A DNA stretch of 64,000 bases from Felis catus (lineage: Eukaryota), in the NCBI RefSeq assembly GCF_018350175.1, contig NC_058368.1, positions 193,752,001 to 193,816,000 of the forward strand, in the 5' to 3' direction. The position numbers and the translations under genes are program-made. The notes beneath the pieces were generated by a model. It did no database searches. It had not been told where the DNA came from and saw only the letters and a list, made by a program, of their open reading frames with translations. Below, in pieces: positions 63,841 through 64,000 of the stretch (positions are counted from its first letter, which is position 1; the number at the start of each line of letters is the position of its first letter).

Positions 63841-64000
63841 TGGTTATAGTGATCACACAGGGATCAAAACTCCTGTGGAGAGGTGTCAGTTTAACAGAAT
63901 CCTTAGATGGGTAAGATGTCCATGAATATAAAAGAAAAGTGAAAATAAGTATGCATTGAATTCTTAAAATATATGCATGATGAAATTTTGGAGATACTAT

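Overview
This is mammalian genomic DNA from a felid (cat family), judged from the feliform CAN-SINE and felid-type L1 sequences. I recognise no host protein-coding exon, tRNA or rRNA gene, so the window looks intergenic or deep-intronic. Almost all supplied ORFs are chance ORFs or L1 fragments. The background is ancient repeats (MIR, L2, MaLR/ERVL LTRs, hAT-Charlie MITEs, old L1M), overlaid by about 13 CAN-SINEs and several carnivore/felid L1s. Main points: (i) at 34.0-35.1 kb one target site appears three times and holds a 5'-inverted L1 plus a head-to-tail SINE dimer whose two copies share private variants; (ii) at 36-40 kb an L1>SINE>L1>microsatellite nest, giving three twin-primed L1s within about 3 kb; (iii) a full-length but dead felid L1 (49957-55848) inserted antisense into an older L1, forming a ~3.5 kb inverted repeat, with a long antisense ORF across its 5'UTR; (iv) several AT-rich fold-back palindromes. 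I found no convincing new gene system. Ancient-repeat family names come from recalled consensus sequences, and their boundaries are approximate.
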